This document shows positions 26,088-37,078 of a stretch of 64,000 nucleotides of DNA, piece after piece. The translations under genes and the position numbers were made by a program. How positions within the stretch are numbered: position 1 is the stretch's first letter; every line of letters starts with the position of its first letter. The notes under the pieces are model-generated. The model was not told the origin of the DNA, ran no database searches, and saw nothing but the letters and a program-made list of their open reading frames with translations. This DNA is from a virus: IMG/VR virus record IMGVR_UViG_3300046832_001910, positions 32,001 to 96,000 of that record, one strand, 5' to 3'.

Positions 26088-26700
26088 AACTTACAAAGAA
26101 CTGGCAATTGAGTTTAAGAAAACTCGCTCTGAAAGAATCTATAATGAACTTTACAAAAAAATGAGACCAGGTTTATGGTCCTATGTAAATAACATTGTTA
26201 GAGATCCGGCCGTGGCTGATGACATTGTATCAACCACATTAACAAATGTTTATCTTAAGATTGATCAATATGATGAGTCTTACCAGATAACTACATGGGC
26301 ATATCGTATTGCCTATAATGAATGTATCGGATGGATTAGATTCCGAAACAAAAAGATAAGCATCAATGTATTTACTGATGCTGGTGTTGAACCACCAACT
26401 AAAGATGGATTCCTTGATCCAGAAACCCATGTTAAAACAGATGAAGACTTCTGGGAGGAAGAGGATATTCTTACAGAGCAGGTAAGAGTAACTAAAGAGG
26501 CAATAAATGCACTGCCTCCAATGTATAAGAGATACATGGTTGAAAGATTCTTAAATCATAAATCATATAATGATATCCTTGATATCATGGCAGAATATGA
26601 AAAGGATATCAATCTGCAGACAGTAAAGAATCGTATTTTCCGTGGCAGAAAAATCGTCCAAAGGCAATTAGAGAAAATGAAACTCTTCTCTGAAGCATAA
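26074..26700 (+). CDS. ECF-type sigma-70 RNA polymerase sigma factor
   Basis: Region 2 ADDIV...TWAYRIAYN; region 4 LPP...SYNDI...TVKNRIFRGRK. Confidence 0.85.
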   Translation: MAKSKTYKELAIEFKKTRSERIYNELYKKMRPGLWSYVNNIVRDPAVADDIVSTTLTNVYLKIDQYDESYQITTWAYRIAYNECIGWIRFRNKKISINVFTDAGVEPPTKDGFLDPETHVKTDEDFWEEEDILTEQVRVTKEAINALPPMYKRYMVERFLNHKSYNDILDIMAEYEKDINLQTVKNRIFRGRKIVQRQLEKMKLFSEA

Positions 26701-26719
26701 ATAGATAAAAAAAAGAATT

Positions 26720-27160
26720 ATGTATATCTTTAAACTTTTTAATGAACTAAACATTTGGAGGAAGGTTAGAGCCATTGCGTTAGAGAATGAGCAGGCTTTA
26801 AATGAATCTGGGTTTAGAGTTGATTGGATTGGCAGAATTTACACTGTCATCAATCTACCTGAAGAAGTAATTAATCAGCCTATCTCACGTGAAGGATATG
26901 TATTAATGAAACTTCGTGAATATGATAGCCTGTTTCTTAATATGGGTATTGCTGATGCAATTGCCCCAGAGCTTATGGAAATAGAAGGTGCTGAAGCATA
27001 TCTTTTAGTCCTATCACCAGATAGAGACTATCTTAAGTTTTGGCCTTTCACAGTTTCCATGATAAAAACTGTAGGTCTATTCTTTGCATTAAGACTTGTC
27101 TATCTTTTAATTACACACTATTGGTCATCTATCAGTTCTGCTTGGAACTGGATATTCTAA
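26720..27160 (+). CDS. Hypothetical protein with C-terminal hydrophobic segment
   Basis: 146-aa ORF. Confidence 0.7.
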   Translation: MYIFKLFNELNIWRKVRAIALENEQALNESGFRVDWIGRIYTVINLPEEVINQPISREGYVLMKLREYDSLFLNMGIADAIAPELMEIEGAEAYLLVLSPDRDYLKFWPFTVSMIKTVGLFFALRLVYLLITHYWSSISSAWNWIF

Positions 27161-27164
27161 AGCA

Positions 27165-27908
27165 ATGTCAACACAACAATCACTATCACAAACGGAAACA
27201 ATTAATGGCAAACGATATTATGTTATAGGAGAACATAAGTATCCTTCTGTTACAACAGTTTTAGGTTCAATGACCGATTCTTCCGGTTTAGATAAGTGGA
27301 GAAAAAAGATTGGTGAAGAAGAGGCTGATCGCATTTCAAAATTTTCTGCAAATCGTGGTACCATCATGCATCAAATGATTGAGTACTTTTTAGGATCAAC
27401 TAAAGAAACACAAAAGGAAAGATTAAAAGAAGCCCAGGAAAGGATTATTGAATTTGTTAAAGCTGAGGGTTTTACTGCCGAGGAATTAGAAGTTGGCCGC
27501 AAACTTTTTTATAGTTTTTATAATAATGATCTCTTTAGTAAGATAACTAAGGTTATAAGTATCGAGGAGACGCTCTACTCCCACCAGATGGGAGGGTATG
27601 CAGGTAGAGTAGATAATATTTATGAGAATATTTTATCCCATCTACTCATCTTAGATTTTAAGACTTCTAGAAAACAGAAAAAGAAAGAGTGGATTGAAAA
27701 CTACTTTATGCAAATTTCTGCATACTTTCTAGCTTACTGGGAAATGACCGGTAAAAAACCACATGGTGGTGAAATCTGGATTGCTGTGGAAAACGATCTT
27801 CCACAGGTTTTTGAAGTTACATGGGAAGATATCCAAGATTATGGTAAGAAATTCTTATCCCTAGTGAAAGAGTACCATAAACTCAATCCATTACCTCAGA
27901 ATATATAA
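27165..27908 (+). CDS. PD-(D/E)XK exonuclease (Cas4-like phage exonuclease)
   Basis: YPSVTTVL, RGTIMH, AGRVD, LDFKTS, YFMQISAY. Confidence 0.9.
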   Translation: MSTQQSLSQTETINGKRYYVIGEHKYPSVTTVLGSMTDSSGLDKWRKKIGEEEADRISKFSANRGTIMHQMIEYFLGSTKETQKERLKEAQERIIEFVKAEGFTAEELEVGRKLFYSFYNNDLFSKITKVISIEETLYSHQMGGYAGRVDNIYENILSHLLILDFKTSRKQKKKEWIENYFMQISAYFLAYWEMTGKKPHGGEIWIAVENDLPQVFEVTWEDIQDYGKKFLSLVKEYHKLNPLPQNI

Positions 27909-27924
27909 AAAAACAAAATAATGA

Positions 27925-28230
27925 ATGAAACACATTCAGACATTCGAGACTTTTTTTACTAGAACTCTATCTGAGGAATTAGACCAAACACGTCATAAAG
28001 CGGCTAAACATATCGAGGATATAGAAACCGAAAACGAATCAGATAAAAAGGCTGAAAAGGATGTAGAGGAATACTTAGACGATAAGTCAGAGTATTGTCC
28101 TAGATGTGGCGAGCATAATGATGATTGTAAATGCCAATCAGAAGATCCTTGGTCAACACAAAATTACCACAGAGTTCCTGTAGGTAAGAAGGAAAAGAGT
28201 AAAGCAAAACAAGACTTCAAAACAAAATAA
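27925..28230 (+). CDS. Hypothetical protein, MKHIQTFETF N-terminus, CxxC/CxC
   Basis: 101-aa ORF. Confidence 0.7.
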   Translation: MKHIQTFETFFTRTLSEELDQTRHKAAKHIEDIETENESDKKAEKDVEEYLDDKSEYCPRCGEHNDDCKCQSEDPWSTQNYHRVPVGKKEKSKAKQDFKTK

Positions 28231-28234
28231 AGAT

Positions 28235-28522
28235 ATGGAAAAGATTAACTTATTTTTTGCAAAGCACGGATCAAAGGTTATCACTGTACTTTTGATTCTT
28301 TTATACTTTAAGTCATGTAGCGTTGATAGCGAATTAGAGAGACTTAAAAAAGAAGCTAAAGCAAATACTGAAACTATCAGTAAACTTCCTACTGCGGCCG
28401 ATGTTAAAATTGAAGGCCTAAATGCAGAGAAGAGAATGATCCAAGCAACGGATCGTAAGATGTTGGATGTACAACGTCAAAATGAGATTGAAAAAGAGAT
28501 CTCAAAATTACAAGGTAAATAA
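28235..28522 (+). CDS. Membrane-anchored coiled-coil protein (spanin-like?)
   Basis: N-terminal hydrophobic helix then coiled coil. Confidence 0.55.
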   Translation: MEKINLFFAKHGSKVITVLLILLYFKSCSVDSELERLKKEAKANTETISKLPTAADVKIEGLNAEKRMIQATDRKMLDVQRQNEIEKEISKLQGK

Positions 28523-30741
28523 TGGCAAATATCATACCAGGTGTACCAACCCCAGGAGATCCCACATGTGCATTAACCGTTTGCGGTAGAATTATTGCAC
28601 AAGTAGACTGCATTAAGTATATAATGCAAGGTACATCTGCATGTATTGATATTCAACTTTTTGGTGCTGATGGAACTCCTCTTGACTTAGATCAATTTTG
28701 CGAAATGCAAATCCAATTAACAAGTGAATTGGAATGTGTTATAGCAAATTTTTGGTATCCTAGTGTTCCTACTGGATCAAAGGGGTTTGATATTGAAATT
28801 CTTCAATACACAACTACAAATGGTCATATAGTAAATAAAGGTCTTCTTAGAATATGTTTATCTACTAACTGTACTCTTACTACAACAGGTGCTGTTTTTG
28901 CAGAGATTATTCTTAAAGAATGTTTACTAACTGGACAACAGCAGATTTTAACAGGTGTTCCAACCCCAACAGGTTTACCTGAACCATCAGGGGATACTTT
29001 TGGCATTCCTTGTCTTCAAGTTGCAAGCATACTTAATTCAAAGATAGCAAAAAACGGTGGAGCCGGTGGATGCTTTCCAGGATATATTCCACCTCAACCT
29101 GGATCGAGTGGAATAGGATTTGCAATCGGATCAACAGGTTCAACAGGAGTGCATGGATCAACTGGACCACAGGGTGAACCTGGTCTGACAGGATCAACAG
29201 GTCTTGGTGCAACCGGATCAACAGGTTCAACAGGAGTGCATGGATCAACTGGACCACAGGGTGAACCTGGTCTGACAGGATCAACAGGTCTTGGCGCAAC
29301 CGGATCAACAGGTTCAACTGGTCCTCAAGGTGATCAAGGATTTATTGGTTCAACTGGTCCACAGGGTGCCGGTGGTTCATTAGGTTATTGGGGAAGTTTT
29401 TGGAGTACCCAGACCCAGATTGGCGGTGGTGTTGGTGTGGCTAATGTAATGACATTCAACAATACTGATCCTGATTCAAACGGTGTTTCTATTCAAAATA
29501 ATACTGAACTTACCTTTGCATATGACGGTGTTTATAACATACAATTTTCAGCACAACTTGACAGAATAGTTAGTCCTGCAACGGCAGATGAATTAGATAT
29601 TTGGTTTGCTAAAAACGGTGTTGCCATACCAGATTCAAATACAACCGTAGTTGTTGCTGGTCTTACTGTTGCAGCAAAAGAAGTTGCAGCATGGAATTTC
29701 CAATTGAAAGTTAATGCTGGGGATTATATTGAACTCTATTGGTCATGTCCTAATGCTAGTGTTGAATTGGTTTATGTTCCTACTGATATAAATCCTATAA
29801 GACCTGCTGTGCCTTCGGTAATTCTTACTGCTCAACAGGTAATGTATACCCAAATGGGTGGAACTGGTGCAACCGGTCCACAAGGAGACATTGGAGCAAC
29901 TGGTTCACAAGGTCCACAAGGATTTATTGGTTCAACTGGTCCACAAGGATTTGACGGTGCAACCGGTCCACAAGGTCCACAAGGAGACATTGGAGCAACT
30001 GGTCCACAAGGTTCACAAGGTCCACAAGGATTTATTGGTTCAACTGGTCCACAAGGTTCACAAGGTCCACAAGGATTTGACGGAGCAACTGGTCCACAAG
30101 GATTTGACGGTGCAACTGGTCCACAAGGATTTGACGGTGCAACCGGTCCGCAAGGATTTGACGGTGCAACCGGTCCGCAAGGTCCACAAGGATTTGACGG
30201 AGCAACTGGTCCACAAGGTTTTAATGGTTCAACTGGAAGTGTAGGGGCCACTGGAATTGGTGCAGTTGGTGCAACAGGTGCTCAAGGTAACATAGGTGCA
30301 ACTGGATCAACCGGGGCACAGGGTCCTATTGCTTCACTTTATTTACTTGAAGCGGTAACCGCGTCCATTTATTATACCTTACCGGGATCATTTACTGAAG
30401 ATCCTTGTAGATATAGCATCGTGAGTAATACAGTTAACGTATCAAGCGGATGGTTTAACACTTCAACTTATACATTTACTCCGCAGAAGGCAGGCTACTG
30501 GGAAATCACTGCAGCGTATGATGTGTATAGAAATTCTGAATCAAGTATGGCAATTAAGAAAAACGGTGGAATTATTGCATCAGCCGGATCATTTAATGCA
30601 GTAGCTCAGCAGATAACAAAGATCGTGTATCTAAACGGTTCAACTGATTCTATAAACATTATAAATGTTGGAGGATTAGCTGAATCAAGGCCGCAATATG
30701 CAGAAAGGTCTTGGTTCCAGGCAAGATGGATAGGAGAATAA
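28522..30741 (+). CDS. Collagen-like (Gly-X-Y) virion fibre protein
   Basis: Two GxTGPQ/GATGPQ collagen tracts separated by a globular domain; Cys-rich N-terminus. Confidence 0.8.
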   Translation: MANIIPGVPTPGDPTCALTVCGRIIAQVDCIKYIMQGTSACIDIQLFGADGTPLDLDQFCEMQIQLTSELECVIANFWYPSVPTGSKGFDIEILQYTTTNGHIVNKGLLRICLSTNCTLTTTGAVFAEIILKECLLTGQQQILTGVPTPTGLPEPSGDTFGIPCLQVASILNSKIAKNGGAGGCFPGYIPPQPGSSGIGFAIGSTGSTGVHGSTGPQGEPGLTGSTGLGATGSTGSTGVHGSTGPQGEPGLTGSTGLGATGSTGSTGPQGDQGFIGSTGPQGAGGSLGYWGSFWSTQTQIGGGVGVANVMTFNNTDPDSNGVSIQNNTELTFAYDGVYNIQFSAQLDRIVSPATADELDIWFAKNGVAIPDSNTTVVVAGLTVAAKEVAAWNFQLKVNAGDYIELYWSCPNASVELVYVPTDINPIRPAVPSVILTAQQVMYTQMGGTGATGPQGDIGATGSQGPQGFIGSTGPQGFDGATGPQGPQGDIGATGPQGSQGPQGFIGSTGPQGSQGPQGFDGATGPQGFDGATGPQGFDGATGPQGFDGATGPQGPQGFDGATGPQGFNGSTGSVGATGIGAVGATGAQGNIGATGSTGAQGPIASLYLLEAVTASIYYTLPGSFTEDPCRYSIVSNTVNVSSGWFNTSTYTFTPQKAGYWEITAAYDVYRNSESSMAIKKNGGIIASAGSFNAVAQQITKIVYLNGSTDSINIINVGGLAESRPQYAERSWFQARWIGE
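29128..29315 (+). repeat. 87-bp tandem duplication inside the collagen tract
   Basis: ggatcaacaggttcaacaggagtgcatgga... at 29128 and 29215. Confidence 0.85.
29866..30220 (+). repeat. 27-bp/9-bp tandem repeats encoding [12 protein letters not shown]
   Basis: ggtccacaaggatttgacggtgcaac repeated. Confidence 0.85.
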
Positions 30742-30769
30742 TATAATTACATAATAAATAAACTAAGTT

Positions 30770-31423
30770 ATGAAAAATAAATTAATTCATTATTTTATCA
30801 TAGGTATCTTCTGTAGCCTCTATTTTCTAGTTGCTACAATTTCTATGATTAACTCTGTTGCATTTTTTGACCTTGCTCATAATGGTGTTATGAACTGGGC
30901 TTTAGCAATTGGATTTGAATTAGGAGCAGCCGCATCTCTTGCTGCGATTATTATCCTAGATAAAACTAATAAAACAATGGTATGGACATTGTTCATACTT
31001 CTTACTGCCTTTCAAATGATGGCAAACTCATTTCATGCATTTATAAATCTTGAAAACTATATGCCTTGGATAGAACTGTTTGGTCTTGAAGAGGAAGAAC
31101 CGATATTTCAAAAGAGAGTACTCTCAATCGTAAGTGGAGCCGTATTACCTATCGTGGCTCTAGGATTCATTAAGTCATTGGTTGATTATATTAGACCGGA
31201 AAATGCTCAGGCAGAACCTCAAATAACAGAGGCACCTGAAATAAAGCCAGAAGAAACTCCCATAGTGACGGAGAATAAAGTGGAAACTTCATCTGCAATT
31301 GGCGAATCTAAAGTAGGACATGTTACAATAACACCTGATGTAACTGAACCTAAACAAACAGCAGAGCAGATTAAAGTTTCACAAGCTACCAGTCCTGGGA
31401 AGAGGTATGTTTACAAGCCCTAA
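30770..31423 (+). CDS. Multi-pass membrane protein
   Basis: About four hydrophobic helices then a Pro/Glu-rich tail. Confidence 0.7.
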   Translation: MKNKLIHYFIIGIFCSLYFLVATISMINSVAFFDLAHNGVMNWALAIGFELGAAASLAAIIILDKTNKTMVWTLFILLTAFQMMANSFHAFINLENYMPWIELFGLEEEEPIFQKRVLSIVSGAVLPIVALGFIKSLVDYIRPENAQAEPQITEAPEIKPEETPIVTENKVETSSAIGESKVGHVTITPDVTEPKQTAEQIKVSQATSPGKRYVYKP

Positions 31424-31462
31424 TAGTAAACTTTGTCAACCAACTTAAATAACGATAAAAAT

Positions 31463-32179
31463 ATGCAAACAGCAAGAAAGCATGATGATGAAGTGTTTCG
31501 TGAGAAGCGCGTTATAAAAAATCCAATAAAATTTAAGATACCTCTTAACGAAGAACAAAAAATAGCAAAGGATAGAATCCTAGCAAATACAGTAACCCTT
31601 TTAGCCGGTAAAGCCGGTAGTGGTAAAACTCTTTTAGCATGTCAAATTGCATTAGATGGACTTTTCCGCAGACACTTTGAAAAGGTAATCATTACACGAC
31701 CTACAGTATCAAAAGAAGAGATAGGTTTTTTGCCTGGAGATCTTCATCAAAAAATGGATCCTTGGGTACAACCAATTTACCAAAACATGTATCTACTTTA
31801 CGGTAAAGATAAAATTGATCCCTACATTCAGAGTGGACAAATTGAAATTGTGCCAGTATCATTTATGAGAGGCCGAACATTTCTTGACTCTTGTGTCATT
31901 GTGGATGAAGCACAAAACGTAACTAATGAACAAATGGAAATGATTGTTACTCGTGTTGGTCTTCGTTCAAAAATGATTATCTGTGGTGATGACGGCCAGG
32001 TTGACCTTAAGAATAAGAGTGACTCTGGTTTTAGATTCCTCTATAATTGTGCAAAGAGAATAAAAGGACTTGAAGCAATTACCCTTTTCCAAAATCATAG
32101 AGATCCAATTGTTGATATCTTAATTGATGTTTATGAAGAAGAGAATTTAAGGAGAAATGCAGGAAAGCCAAATAAATAG
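31463..32179 (+). CDS. phoH: PhoH-family ATPase
   Basis: GKAGSGKT, IGFLPGD, FMRGRT, VDEAQN, GDDGQVD. Confidence 0.92.
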   Translation: MQTARKHDDEVFREKRVIKNPIKFKIPLNEEQKIAKDRILANTVTLLAGKAGSGKTLLACQIALDGLFRRHFEKVIITRPTVSKEEIGFLPGDLHQKMDPWVQPIYQNMYLLYGKDKIDPYIQSGQIEIVPVSFMRGRTFLDSCVIVDEAQNVTNEQMEMIVTRVGLRSKMIICGDDGQVDLKNKSDSGFRFLYNCAKRIKGLEAITLFQNHRDPIVDILIDVYEEENLRRNAGKPNK

Positions 32180-32232
32180 AAAAAATGAACTGATGGATAT
32201 GTTAACATCCATCTAAAAATAGAAACTATGAA

Positions 32233-32376
32233 ATGGCAAAAGCTAAAGCTGGTGTAACTGATTCTTTTAAGAAGAAGCCTAAAGTCTGCAGACCTGGTGT
32301 TCAGGCAAAGACAAAGCAATCTAAGAATAAGAAATCAAAGAACTACGTTAAGCCATATAGAGGACAAGGTCGCTGA
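32233..32376 (+). CDS. Small basic protein ending KPYRGQGR (47 aa, below ORF-track cutoff)
   Basis: MAKAKAGVTDSFKKKPKVCRPGVQAKTKQSKNKKSKNYVKPYRGQGR*. Confidence 0.7.
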   Translation: MAKAKAGVTDSFKKKPKVCRPGVQAKTKQSKNKKSKNYVKPYRGQGR

Positions 32377-32521
32377 CTCATTGACATGGTCCTATTCCTA
32401 TTTTTCATGATTCCATGACATAACTGGTAGTGTTTTCCTAAATTTATAGAATTGCACGGTTTTTATACTATATTAATTGGTTGGGAATATTCCCATCATA
32501 AAAAATAAAAAACTAAATTCT

Positions 32522-32881
32522 ATGTTTACAACAAAAAGCACAAGTCTGTTTAACAGCATTTTTAATGATGATCTTTGGAAAGATCTAGAGACAAGTACAA
32601 GTTTATTTGCAGGTTATCATTCTGAAAAGACTGATGATGGCTATGTATTAGAATTGGCTGTACCTGGATTAACTAAAGAGGATCTAAGTATTAAGATCGT
32701 TAAAGGATATCTTAAGATTGAAAACAAAACAAAGAATATCTGGAATAATGAGTTTTCAAAGTCATTTATAATGCCTAACGATGTTAATGAAAAGAATGTT
32801 AAAGCCACTGTAGAAAATGGAGTTCTAAAAGTAACCATGTCTGTTAAGAAAGAATCTGAAAATGTTATCCAAATTCTGTAA
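32522..32881 (+). CDS. Hsp20 small heat-shock protein
   Basis: LELAVPGLTKEDL...FSKSF.MP...ATVENGVLKV alpha-crystallin motifs. Confidence 0.9.
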   Translation: MFTTKSTSLFNSIFNDDLWKDLETSTSLFAGYHSEKTDDGYVLELAVPGLTKEDLSIKIVKGYLKIENKTKNIWNNEFSKSFIMPNDVNEKNVKATVENGVLKVTMSVKKESENVIQIL

Positions 32882-32923
32882 ACCTTTAAGGATTCTTGTA
32901 TATAAATAAAAAACAAAATAGAT

Positions 32924-33151
32924 ATGGAAAATCAAAATCCTCAAGAATTAACCCAGGCACAGGCTGTAAATGTATTAATCCAGGCCGCTCGTATTGCACA
33001 GTCAAAAGGAGCATTCACGCTTGAAGATGCTGAATTAGTTTCAAAAGCAATTAAGGCGTTTGTACCGGTTAACCAAACTGAAAATGGCCAGGATCCTGTG
33101 ATTAACGAGTCTCAAGATGAGACCGTTGAACCGGTAATAGAAAAAGCATAA
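32924..33151 (+). CDS. Hypothetical protein
   Basis: 75-aa ORF after promoter 32880-32906. Confidence 0.7.
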   Translation: MENQNPQELTQAQAVNVLIQAARIAQSKGAFTLEDAELVSKAIKAFVPVNQTENGQDPVINESQDETVEPVIEKA

Positions 33152-33174
33152 ATGGTTAAACTCTCGGTTTTGAT

Positions 33175-33206
33175 AGAGGATCTGAGAAATCGGATCCTCT
33201 TTTTTT
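33175..33206 (+). terminator. Rho-independent terminator
   Basis: agaggatc...gatcctct plus T6. Confidence 0.8.
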
Positions 33207-33241
33207 GCTTGCAGATAAATAATAAAATTAAGAAGACATTA

Positions 33242-34714
33242 ATGAGAAGGAGAATTCCTAAGATAATTGTTAATCCAACTAGGGTTCAGCCTAATAGACC
33301 AATTCAGGTTTCTAATCAGCCGCAAAGACAACAATCTCCAGTACAGCAGAGTAATGTACAAGCCGTACCTGTGAATAAGAAGACAAGTTTTTCTGCTAAG
33401 AAGTCTGACAGGGTTTTTATCTTAGGGGGTGGCCCATCTATTAAGGATACTAATTTATCTTTTTTAGCAGGTGAGGACACTATATGTGTTAATAAGGCAA
33501 TAGACCTTGTAAGAAATCCTACCTTCTTTATTACAATGGACTATAGTTTCTTTACAAAGGTTGGAGCACCGATTCAAAATATCACGGCTAAAGCAAAGAG
33601 TAGCCATTTTATTGTAAATAAGCAACATACATATATCCAAGAAATCAATGGTTGCTATACTGATGTTAGAAATAATCTTAGGTATTTAGGATTAGAACAT
33701 TTTACATCTGTCATTGAATCAAATTCAACAATAAATGAAAGAAGCGGATTTGGTTTATCAGTGAATGATTTTTCCCATGGTGAAAACAGCGGATACTGTG
33801 CAATTCAGTTTGCTATCTTGGCAGGATATAAAGAAATCTATCTTATTGGTTTTGATTTAGGCTATACAACTAATTCTGAACAAACACATTTTCATGGTGC
33901 ATATCCTAAGGTCCCTTCAGATGTATTTAGGAAAAGACTTGATAATTACACAGGAAATTTAATAACGTCTGTGACAAAATTATCATCAAAGAGTTCCATT
34001 AAGATTATGACGGTAACACCTTCTTCATTAGAGTCGCTAATACCTAGAGTAAATCCTTTTAGATTAGATAAAGATAATCCGGCTGAAAATAAAATTGAAC
34101 AACCTAAAACTAATAGGTCTCTTTCTGATTTGGTAATTGTTGCATACTATACTCTTAATACTCCCTATGAAGATGAAGCTAAAAAATTAATAAGATCTCT
34201 TAATAAGTTAGGCCTTAACCATGATGTAGTTGGTGTTAAAAATCTTGGTGATTGGCAGGCAAATACCAGATTTAAGGCTAAGTTTATGGAGGATATGCTC
34301 AATAAGCATCCAGGAAAAAATCTTCTGTATGTTGATAGTGATGCTATTGTACATAGCAGACCTACACTATTTGAAGACTATAATTATGATATCTCTGTGA
34401 GATGGCAAGACTTTAGATGGAGAAAAGATGAGTGCCTAAGTGGTACAATCTTTATGGCAAATAATCAAAAGACTCGTGAACTCTGTCGTCGTTGGCAAAG
34501 AATTAACATAAGTGAAGGACCTAATGCAAAAACATTTGAACAGTGGAACTTAGGAACTGTAATTAAACAAATGGAAGCAGAAGGAAAAATTAAAACACAT
34601 AATCTTCCTGCTGAATACACCTTTATATTTGATAGTATGAGGGCAATGTATCCTAATGCCGTACCGGTAATTGAACATTTTCAAGCAAGTAGAAAACTAA
34701 GAAATAAAGTATAA
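33242..34714 (+). CDS. Two-domain protein: Maf/DUF115-like domain plus DxD nucleotide-sugar transferase domain
   Basis: ILGGGPS, NSGYCAIQFA..GYKEIYLIGFD; LYVDSDA, IEHFQASR; start set at ATG after the terminator. Confidence 0.7.
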   Translation: MRRRIPKIIVNPTRVQPNRPIQVSNQPQRQQSPVQQSNVQAVPVNKKTSFSAKKSDRVFILGGGPSIKDTNLSFLAGEDTICVNKAIDLVRNPTFFITMDYSFFTKVGAPIQNITAKAKSSHFIVNKQHTYIQEINGCYTDVRNNLRYLGLEHFTSVIESNSTINERSGFGLSVNDFSHGENSGYCAIQFAILAGYKEIYLIGFDLGYTTNSEQTHFHGAYPKVPSDVFRKRLDNYTGNLITSVTKLSSKSSIKIMTVTPSSLESLIPRVNPFRLDKDNPAENKIEQPKTNRSLSDLVIVAYYTLNTPYEDEAKKLIRSLNKLGLNHDVVGVKNLGDWQANTRFKAKFMEDMLNKHPGKNLLYVDSDAIVHSRPTLFEDYNYDISVRWQDFRWRKDECLSGTIFMANNQKTRELCRRWQRINISEGPNAKTFEQWNLGTVIKQMEAEGKIKTHNLPAEYTFIFDSMRAMYPNAVPVIEHFQASRKLRNKV

Positions 34715-34719
34715 TCATT

Positions 34720-35394
34720 ATGAAGATAAATGAATTCTTTGATAAAGTCATATGTATTAATCTTGCAAAACGTACCGATAGATGGTCGGAGATGACTGAT
34801 CAATTTAATAAGCATAACATTAAAGCAACTAGATTTAATGCAGTTAATGGAAATCCAATGGGCTGGAAGTATAATAGTTATGCTGGGAGAGAATCTTCAT
34901 TTGAAGGAGCAATGGGCTGTTTAGCAAGTCATCTTGAAGTTTATAGTTTAGCAAAACAAAACGGTTGGAAAAATGTTTTAATCATCGAAGATGATTGCGA
35001 TTTTATTGAAAACTTAAATGAAATTTTTGAAAAATCAATAGACACTTTACCTAAAGATTGGGATCTTTTATACTTTGGTGGTGTTCATGAAACACGTGGT
35101 GGTAAATTTGTTCCTGAAAAATTCAATAAGTTTTTTGTTAGAGCAAAAAGAATTATAACAACTACATGCTATGCAGTTAATAGTACTGCATATGATTTTG
35201 TATTAGATACAATATTAAAAGATAAGCCTTATTTTGATAATCCTATTGATGCTTATTTAGGAGCTTATATACAACCTCATCTTAATACTTATGCATATCA
35301 TCCACCTATTGCATGGCAACGTGCTAGCCACAGTGATATCCAAAATGCTCATAGAGATTATTCAATTATGATGAAAAATAATAACATTTCATGA
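34720..35394 (+). CDS. Glycosyltransferase family 25
   Basis: INLAKRTDR, GCLASH, LIIEDD, WDLLYFG. Confidence 0.85.
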   Translation: MKINEFFDKVICINLAKRTDRWSEMTDQFNKHNIKATRFNAVNGNPMGWKYNSYAGRESSFEGAMGCLASHLEVYSLAKQNGWKNVLIIEDDCDFIENLNEIFEKSIDTLPKDWDLLYFGGVHETRGGKFVPEKFNKFFVRAKRIITTTCYAVNSTAYDFVLDTILKDKPYFDNPIDAYLGAYIQPHLNTYAYHPPIAWQRASHSDIQNAHRDYSIMMKNNNIS

Positions 35395-36203
35395 TAACTT
35401 GTAGACTAAAAGGAGGATTAGGAAACATAATGTTTCAGATTGCTGCTATTGAAGCAATGTCAATTGATAGCCGTATATCATCAGTGTATTATAATGTTGG
35501 TTCTCAACTTAAGTTAATTAATGATGATGTTAATCATAACCCATTAATAAAACATGCAAATGAGTATTTAACTATATTTAAGAATTTTGATTGGAATAAA
35601 AATTTTAAAGATAGAGTGTCTTTTAAAACTATTAAGGTTCCTTTTCATTATACCAAAATAAGACCTGAAAAAAATACATGTTATGATGGTTTTTTTCAAT
35701 CAGAGAAATTCTTTAAACACAGAGAACGCGAAATAAGAACTCTTTTTGAACCATCGGACAAAATTGTTAAATATATTCAAGAAAAGTATCCCTTTATATT
35801 TAATACAAACATAACATCGATACATGTTAGACGTGGTGATTATCTAAAATTATCACACATTCATCCTCCGCCATCAATTGAATACTTTAATAAAGCAATA
35901 GAAATGATAGGAAAGAATTCCACCTTTATAGTATTTTCCGATGATATTCAGTGGTGTAAAGAAAACTTTAAGGGTAGTAATTTTATTTTTTCTAATGAAA
36001 AAGATTACATTGAATTATTTATGATGTCTTTTTGTAAAAATAACATTATGTCAAATTCCAGCTTCTCTTGGTGGGGTAGTTGGTTAAATAAAAATCCTAA
36101 TAAAAAGGTTATTGCGCCAATGCTGTGGTTTTCTCAGGAAGCTGCACAAAGAAAAGGAATTAACCCAATTGATATTATTCCAGAAACATTTATTAAAATA
36201 TGA
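35391..36203 (+). CDS. Glycosyltransferase family 11 (alpha-1,2-fucosyltransferase-like)
   Basis: GGLGNIMFQ, HVRRGDY, FSDDIQWC, NSSFSWWG. Confidence 0.9.
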   Translation: MITCRLKGGLGNIMFQIAAIEAMSIDSRISSVYYNVGSQLKLINDDVNHNPLIKHANEYLTIFKNFDWNKNFKDRVSFKTIKVPFHYTKIRPEKNTCYDGFFQSEKFFKHREREIRTLFEPSDKIVKYIQEKYPFIFNTNITSIHVRRGDYLKLSHIHPPPSIEYFNKAIEMIGKNSTFIVFSDDIQWCKENFKGSNFIFSNEKDYIELFMMSFCKNNIMSNSSFSWWGSWLNKNPNKKVIAPMLWFSQEAAQRKGINPIDIIPETFIKI

Positions 36204-37069
36204 AAATGTATAAAGCAGAAAATGGTAGGTATTGGATTGATGTAATGCTACCTTTTCAGTCAATTTTAGTTAGAAGAAAATATGATAGAAATAGAATAAA
36301 AAGATTTAGAGATCTTAATCCACATAAAAAAATCTTTCTTATTCATTTTGAAGAACCTTTGAGAAATAGTATGTCAGAGCAGGATGTATTACAGGATGCA
36401 TCTTTATTTGATCTTATCTTTACTTCAAACAGAAATATTGTAAATAAAGTGTCTCATGCTTATTGGAGTCCTTTAGCAGAATGTTGGACTAATGGAAGTA
36501 TGCCTTCTATGGGAACTGATAGAACAGCAGAAGCCAGAGATAAAAAGTTTTGTATAAGCTTCTTAGGTACATCTAAGCAAATGGGATATGGTGGTTTTTA
36601 TGATATTAGAAAATATGTATGGGAACATGAAAAAGAAATACATATACCTACCGAGTTTTTAGATAGCAGAGAGCATTCTATAAATGATGGCCATCCTTTT
36701 CTTCCTACGAGCAGTACATTTCAAACTAGTGATAAGATTCATTTATACAAGTCAATGTTTAACTTTTGTCCGGAAAATGCAGATGATGAAAACTTTAGTC
36801 AGAGACTAATAGATTGTTTTATTAATAAAACAATACCAATCTATAGAGGGTATAAGAATATACATGAACATTTTAACATTGACGGAATTATTTATGTTAA
36901 CGATGGTCCTGATGCAATTGAAAAAATTAATCAATTAACTCCTGATTATTATCATAGTAAACTAAGTGCAATTGAAGATAATTATAGAAGATGTATTCAA
37001 AATAATTATCATCTATCACCAGGAGATCGTATATCTATACTTATTATGAAAATTTATGAAAATAAATAA
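36200..37069 (+). CDS. Glycosyltransferase family 10-like protein
   Basis: SMFNFCPEN...FSQRLIDCF..KTIPIYRG..NI..HFN. Confidence 0.65.
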   Translation: MKMYKAENGRYWIDVMLPFQSILVRRKYDRNRIKRFRDLNPHKKIFLIHFEEPLRNSMSEQDVLQDASLFDLIFTSNRNIVNKVSHAYWSPLAECWTNGSMPSMGTDRTAEARDKKFCISFLGTSKQMGYGGFYDIRKYVWEHEKEIHIPTEFLDSREHSINDGHPFLPTSSTFQTSDKIHLYKSMFNFCPENADDENFSQRLIDCFINKTIPIYRGYKNIHEHFNIDGIIYVNDGPDAIEKINQLTPDYYHSKLSAIEDNYRRCIQNNYHLSPGDRISILIMKIYENK

Positions 37070-37078
37070 AATATCTAA

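Noticed and set aside
27165-27908. Cas4-like nuclease as evidence of a CRISPR-Cas system
   Set aside because: No array or other cas genes; common stand-alone phage exonuclease
29033-30251. Repetitive alternative-frame and minus-strand ORFs, and possible CRISPR-like repeats
   Set aside because: Shadows of Gly-X-Y collagen codon repeats; no repeat-unique spacer structure
32375-32470. TGACA-like repeats upstream of hsp20 as a heat-shock operator
   Set aside because: Too short and irregular to distinguish from chance
33152-33241. N-terminal extension of the 520-aa ORF
   Set aside because: Contains an intrinsic terminator and a late-like motif; the real start is more likely ATG 33242
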